A stretch of 57,082 nt of DNA from Prorocentrum cordatum (Eukaryota), in the NCBI GenBank assembly GCA_963575745.1, contig CAUYUJ010000047.1, positions 62,001-119,082 on the forward strand, written 5' to 3'. The position numbers were made by a program, and so were the translations under genes. Of this stretch, positions 50,776-57,082 are shown one piece after another (the stretch's first letter is position 1; every line of letters starts with the position of its first letter). The notes below the pieces were generated by a model. The model ran no database searches. It was not told the DNA's origin and saw only the letters and a list, made by a program, of their open reading frames with translations.

Positions 50776-52891
50776 TGGGCTTCTGGGAGGCTCAGCGGAG
50801 GTACGTCCTACGCAGATCACTGCTATACCATGGCGCCGAAATGTCCTTCGGTATTGCGCGGTCCTGAATGCAATTGTCACTTGTGTAGAAAGGGGTTGGG
50901 TACGTCGCAGGATAATTTTCTGTGGGGCTCCCTACGGGGCCACGAAACGCTGTACTGGGTGGTGGCTGACGCATACGGGCGATCCCACTGAGACCATCGG
51001 TGGAGTTTCCCATTGGGGCCACGAAGCGCTGTACTGGATGGTGGCTGACGCATGCGGGGGGTCCCACTGGGACCTTCGGTGGAGCTCCATATGGGGCCAC
51101 GAAACGCTGTGATGGGTGGTGGTTTTCGTATGCGGGCGATACCCCTGGGGGCTTCGGTGGAGCTCCCTATGGGGCCACGAACGCTGTGCTGGGCGATGGT
51201 TGACGCATGCGGGCGGTCTCTCTGCGACCCTCGGTGGAGTTCCCTATGGGGCCACGAAACGGTTGATTGGGCGGGTGAAGCGCAGGGAGGAAGGGCTGTG
51301 CTGGGTGGTGGTTGACGCACGCGGGCGGTCTCAGTGGGACCTTCGGTGGAGTTCCCGAAGCGTTGTATTTGGTATGTGAAACGCAGGGAGGAATGGCTGT
51401 GCTGGGTGGTGGTTGACGCATGCGGGCGGTCCCACTGGGTCCTTCGGTGGAGTTCCCTATGGGGCCACGAAACGCTGTACTGGGTATGTGAAAAGCAGGG
51501 AAGAAGGGCCTTGTTGTTGGGTGGTGGTTGACGCATGTGGGCGTTCCCAATGGGACCTTCGGTGGAGTTCCCTATTCGGCCACGAAGCGCTGTACTGTGT
51601 GGGTGAAACGCAGGGAGGAAGGGCTGTGCTGGGTGGTGGTTGGTGCATGCGGGCGGTCTCACTGGGACCTTCGGTGGAGCTCCCTATGGGGCCACGAAGC
51701 GCTGTACGGGTGGGCGAAACGCAGGGAGGAAGGGCTATGCTGGGTGGTGGTTGGCGCATGCGGGCGGTCCCACTGGGACCTTCGGTGGAGCTCCCTCTGG
51801 GGCCACGAAGCGCTGTACTGTGTGGGCGAAACGCAGGGAGGAAGGGCTGTGCTGGGTGGTGGCTGGCGCATGCGGGCGGTACCACTGGGGGGGTCGGTGG
51901 AACTTCGTATGGGCCCACGAAACGCTGTACTAGGTGGGTGAAACGCAGGAAGGAGGGAGGATGGGGAGGAGCAGGGAGGAGGAGGAACGCGGGGATCGTT
52001 TCTTCAAAACGAGGACCCACCACCACAGGACGGTTGGGGAAAAATAGTCTGGGGACGATGGTTAGCCTATTTTGTGGCTGTGTTCGAATATGCTTTGACT
52101 AATTCAATTTGTCTCGCAAATCCGCCAATTGCCCTGGGGACCTTTCTCATGCCGGGTAGTTTTGTTAGAGACCATTTTCCTCTAGCTTCTGGCAAGTTTA
52201 CTTGCATGGAGGGGGAGGGGGGGGCTGGGGGGCGAGGGGGGGAAGGACAAAATCCCATGCAAGTGAACTTGCCACTAGAATTCGTTCAACATCATGGCCC
52301 CGGCCAGGGCCTCTGGAAGCCGAGCATTGGCAAACACCTCCGGGAGGGTTGCTTCGCAGCGACCTTTGCAGCCGCCGCTCGTGCTCCCTCTTCCCTCTCT
52401 TATAGTGCACCTCATGTTCGGCGGCGAGCGAGGGGAGGAAGGGAGGAGGAGGAGGAGGAAGGGAGGAGGAGGAGGAGTAAAGGAGGGAGGAGGAGAAGGA
52501 AGAGGAGGACGAGAAGCTCTCCTTCTCAGAAGGCGGCGAGACTTCTCAGAGCCCCTCGCGCCTTCGAGAAGCCGCTTGTGTCTCCAGGGAAGGCTGAGAA
52601 CACCTTTTCAGGAGGCTGGGGGACTTCCGAGCCTTCTGAGAGGGCCCACCCCTTGTCCCCTGACCTTCCAGAGTGTTCTAAATTAGCCCTCCAGACCGAT
52701 AGACCAATCTGGACTGCCTAAAACCCCGACTGGATTTTTTCGGTGTCGAGGTCCTGGTGCTATTTTTTAGCCCTCCTGGGAGGTCAGGGTCACTTCCCTC
52801 CGGGCTCGCCGCCGCTCATTCGCTGCACAGGGACTGACCTGACCGCCCGACCGACCTGTGCGGGCGCCAGGCCCGCGGACGAAAAACTACT

Positions 52892-53052
52892 CTTAAGTCG
52901 GGCGTGTCCCTCTACAGGAGGAATATGCAAACATAGTACAACATAGTTTGGGGACGATTGTTTGAGCATTGTTGTTGCTACCGTTGTGCATGGTTTGAAT
53001 GTTTTTAATGTTTCGCCCCAAATCCGTCTGTAGGGGACATGCCCGACCTGAA
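52892..53052. mobile_element. Intact AAGTCGGGC-family MITE
   Basis: TTAAGTCGGGCGTGTCCCTCTACAG ... CTGTAGGGGACATGCCCGACCTGAA. Confidence 0.75.
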
Positions 53053-53727
53053 ATTCGACGGTCTTCCCCTGAGACCCGAGCGCTGCAATCTTTTAACCCA
53101 GACCCCCTCGCGATGTGAAAAATTCACCACGGGGGAAGTTGCCCTGCTTGGGGCCTCCGGGGGCCCCTACTGGGCCTCGGGGCCCTCAAAAGAAATCATT
53201 CAGGATGAGAAAACGGTCCCAGGGAAGGGGTCCAGACCTTGGGGGATTGACGTTCTGAAAAAATAACGACGCCAGGGGGCCTGGTGTTTGCTGCATTCTT
53301 CGAGCTGGATCGATGTGTGATGCTGCCTGGCCTCAAGGCAAAGACCCCCAGGGGAAGCTGCTGGAGCAGCAGCTTCTCCTGGGGGTCTTTGACTTGAGGT
53401 GCCCATCCTGCCGCGGCCGTGGGGCCATTGACTCGTGGGCAGATAATGGATCAGGAGGGAAAACCACACAGACACAATTAATCGTCGATTCCCAGAAAAT
53501 ATTGGAAAATATGGGAAGGGGGGGGGAGACGAATCCTAAAAATATGGAAACAGATGGGGAATATTGTTCTTTGTGTGTATTTGTTGTGTGTCCTTGGGCC
53601 CCTTCACTGGAGAGGTGCCCCGAACGGGGGGAGAACGTGGGAAGAAGTGCGCCGGCGCGCCCCAACGAAAGTTGCCGCAAGGCGGCGGAAGCCTCCACGC
53701 CGGAGCCCCCGCGGCAAGGGGCTCGAA

Positions 53728-53749
53728 CTTCAGCCAAAGTGGCTACAGA
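53728..53749 (-). other. Degenerate spliced-leader relict
   Basis: The reverse complement TCTGTAGCCACTTTGGCTGAAG matches DinoSL at 19/22. Confidence 0.65.
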
Positions 53750-55812
53750 CTCCTCCTCCTCCTCCTCCTCCTCCTCCTCCTCCTCCTCCTCCTCCTCCTC
53801 CTCCTCCTCCTCCTTCCTCCTCCTCCTCCTCCTCCTCCTTCCTCTTCCTCCTGCTCCCTCCTCCCTCCTCCTTCCCTGTCCTCTCCTCCCTCCTCCTGTC
53901 TCCTCCTCCTCCTCCTCCTCCTCCTCCTCCTCCTCCTGCTCCTCCTCCTCCTGCTCCTCCTCCTCCTCCTGCTCCTCCTCCTCCTCCTCCTCCTGCTCCT
54001 CCTGCTCCTCCTCCTCCTCCTCCTCCTCCTCCTCCTCCTGCTCCTCCTGCTCCTGCTCCTCCTGCTCCTCCTGCTCCTCTTCCTGATGTAGTGCTTCGCT
54101 GCGCCCTCTGTTCTCCGATGGCGTCGGGGAGAAGAAGGAGAAGAAGAGGGAGGAGAAGGAGGAGGAGGAGGAGGAGAATAATAAGGAGAATAAGGAGAAG
54201 AAGGAGAAGAAGGAGAAGGAGAAGAATAATCAGGAGAAGGAGAAGGAGAAGAAGGAGGAGGAGAAGAAGGAGAAGAAGAAGAAGAAGAGCGAACACACAC
54301 ACACACACACATTTCGCTGACGTGTTCGACCGGCTTGCTCCACCGGCTTGCTCGATCGATTCATGAGGGCCCTCGCCTGGCCTGCTCGCAGAGCTCGGCG
54401 GCACGCGGGCCCTGGCACGCTCCGAGGGCGCCGTGCCCCCGCGGCGACCTCTGGCCCGGCCTCGGGAGAGGGGGAGGGGGGAGGAGACGAGGAGGGAGGG
54501 CGGGGCGCGGAGGGGGGGGAGGAGACGAGGAGACGACGAGGGAGGAGGGAGGAGGGGGGAGGCGACGAGGAGGGACAGCGGAGGACACGGACGGAGGGAG
54601 GTGGCGAGGGGAGGACAGGCGGTGGCGGGGGAGGGACGGGGACAGAGGAGGAGCGAGAGCGGGAGCAGAGGGGGGGGGGGGGGCAGGAGCACGGAGTGGG
54701 GCAGGAGCAGGGAGGTGAGGGAGGGAGGGGGGGAGGCAAAGCAGGAGGAGGAGCAGGAGAATAGGAGGACGCGGAGGAGGAGGAGGAGGAGGAGGAGGAG
54801 GAGGAGGAGGAGGTAGCGGAGGAGGAGGAGGAGGAGGAGGGAAGGCGAGGAGGAGGTAGCAGCAGGCGAGAGGAGGAGGAGGAGGAAAGAGGAAGACTGA
54901 GGAGGAGGGAGCAGGAGGAGGAGGAGGGGTAGGACGGAGCGGGGGGATGGTGGGAGGAGGAGGAGGAGGAGGAGGAGGAGGAGGAGGAGGAGGAGGAGGA
55001 GGACTAAGAGGAGGATTAGGAGGAGGAGAGGGAGGAGTAGGTAGTTCCGCCTGTCCATCTTTTCTTATGCTTCCTCGCGCGTTGCCTTATGTGCCATTTC
55101 GCCGTGTTGCGGCGCCCGCTCTCGCCGAGCAAAGATGAGGAGGAGGAGGAAGAGGAGGACCACGAGGAGGAGGAGGAGGAGGAGGAGGAGGAGGACGACG
55201 ACGAGGAGGAGGAGCAGGAGGAGCAGGAGGAGCAGGAGGAGCAGGAGGAGCAGGAGGAGTAGGAGGAGGAGGAGGGAAGCGGAGGAGGAGGAGGAGGAGG
55301 AATCACGAGCCAGAACAATTGCGAGGCAGCAGAAGCTGGAGGAGGAGAAGGGAGGCACGAGGAGGGAAGAGAGGGGGGGAGGGAGGGGCGGCCACGGATG
55401 AGGCCCTTCCCGCCAGGAGCTCCCCCCGGCTGTTCGCGCTGTCGCCCGTCCTCCAGAGGGAGGTCGCCGACGCGCCCACGGGCGAGGGCGAGGGCAGGCT
55501 GGCCTCGGACGGCCCCTCGTCGTCGCCGTCGCCGTCCTCGGCGGGGGGCGGGGGGAAGGAGGTGGAGGAGAGGGCGAGGAGGAGGGCGTGGAGGAGGAGG
55601 AGGAGGAGGGGGATTGATTGGTGGTGGTGGAGGAGGAGGAGGAGGAGGAGGAGGAGGAGGAGGAGGAGGAGGAGGGAGGAGGAGGAGGAGGAGGAGGAGG
55701 AGGAGGAGGAGGAGGAGGGAGGAGGAGGAGGAGGAGGAGGAGGAGGAGGAAAAGGAGGAGGAGGAGGAGGAGGGGGAGAAGGGAGGAGGAAGGAGGAGGA
55801 GGAGGAGGAGGG
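53750..55812. repeat. (CCT)n/(GGA)n microsatellite tracts
   Basis: Directly visible. Confidence 0.9.
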
Positions 55813-56534
55813 GGACTGATTGGTGGCACATACTTCGAATTGGGGCCCCGCCCCTTTGCCCCTACTTCGGGGGAATTGCTGGGCAGTGCCCTCTCAGCCT
55901 CAGCCTGACAGGGCCCTCCTTATGCGGGAGAAAAGTTGGGTGCGCTCTAAGCTTTCCAGTTCCCCCCCACTTCGAGTGAAAAGTTGGGCGATCGGACGTG
56001 ATGCGTGAAGAATGGAACGTTGCGTACAGTGATGGGCATTCCTAGCCGATCACCGGAACACTTGCTGAGAGGCAGGGTTCGGAGTGACGCGATGATCGGT
56101 GGTGTATATTTCGAGCGAGAGACCCCCTGGGCATCAGGAAAGCAGAGGAAAAGGGAGGAAGTGAGGAGGGGGAGGGGGACAAGCAGGAGGGGGAGGATGG
56201 AGGGAGGGGCACACGAGACGGCAGAGAGTGAAAGGATGGATGGGGGGGCGGGGGCAGCAGCAGCAGGTCGATACGTGAGGGAGAGGAGGTTGGAGACAGC
56301 GTGGTCCCTGCTGCTGTTTAGCTCTACCCCCGCGGCGGGGCACGGACGTGCGGCGAGGGACGCCAGTGACTGCGCGCATAGCGCGGGCCAGGACAGGAGG
56401 TGGAGGACGGAGAGAGAGCGAGGCAACTTTTTCTCCTTTCCATCACCGCTTGCTGTAAACGTCTTCGACATCGCCTTACTCCCCCACACCTGCTCAGAGC
56501 ACTACCGCGAATGGTTGCAGAAATACCACATCAG

Positions 56535-56539
56535 CTACG

Positions 56540-56583
<44 letters not shown>

Positions 56584-56619
56584 CACTACTACCACTACTA
56601 CTATTATTACTACTACTAT

Positions 56620-56682
<63 letters not shown>

Positions 56683-56888
56683 GGCTACTACTACTACTAC
56701 TACTACTACACCCCACCACCCACTACTACTACTACTACTTACTACTACTACTTACTACTTCTACTATACTACTTCTTAACACTAGTTACTACTACTACTA
56801 CTTTCTAATATTACTTACTACTTACTACTTATTACTACTATACTACTACTACTTACTACCGATGCCACGGAAACGTTTTTTTTTTATT

Positions 56889-56921
<33 letters not shown>

Positions 56922-56935
56922 TACTACTACTACTA

Positions 56936-56989
<54 letters not shown>

Positions 56990-57047
56990 GACTACTACTA
57001 CTACTACTACTACGACTACTACTACTACTACTACAACTACTATTACG

Positions 57048-57082
<35 letters not shown>
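56535..57082. repeat. (CTA)n microsatellite
   Basis: Directly visible. Confidence 0.95.

Larger units (their letters stand above)
47783..52040 (-). mobile_element. Two head-to-tail copies of the CCCAACCA-family element carrying the 89-bp satellite
   Basis: End motifs AAGGACCCAACCA (~47793, 48723) and GAGGAC..A.CACCACAGGACGGTTGGG (~48682-48709, 52011-52039); 89-bp periodicity (ORF starts 48142/48231 and 48409/48498). Confidence 0.7.

Noticed and set aside
49223..50991. Collagen-like (GAP)n ORFs
   Set aside because: Translation of a 9-bp minisatellite that is open in several frames on both strands.
56535..57082. Telomere-like terminal repeat
   Set aside because: It is (CTA)n, not TTTAGGG, and the same repeat occurs internally at 41912-42350.

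Overview
Eukaryotic, GC-rich, repeat-saturated genomic DNA, almost certainly from a dinoflagellate. The evidence is an exact 22-nt dinoflagellate spliced leader at 25939-25960 and GC/GA splice donors; Prorocentrum is a guess. One multi-exon plus-strand gene spans about 10090-25877, possibly 861-34018. It encodes a 6-TM cyclic-nucleotide-binding-domain (KCNH/HCN/CNG-like) cation channel with a non-GYG pore and a C-terminal degenerate Nudix-like domain. Its coding sequence is interrupted by ordinary introns and by four recognisable transposon insertions inside exons, at different apparent stages of becoming introns. A family of non-autonomous elements with Helentron/DINE-1-like architecture (subterminal inverted repeats, 3' hairpin, T|T insertion, tandem-repeat cargo) occurs at least nine times and accounts for many of the satellite arrays. 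A degenerate full-length APE-RT LINE that begins with the spliced leader follows the last well-supported exon. The rest is MITEs, LINE 3' fragments and microsatellites. Most listed ORFs are translated repeats. All calls are by eye and no database search was run.
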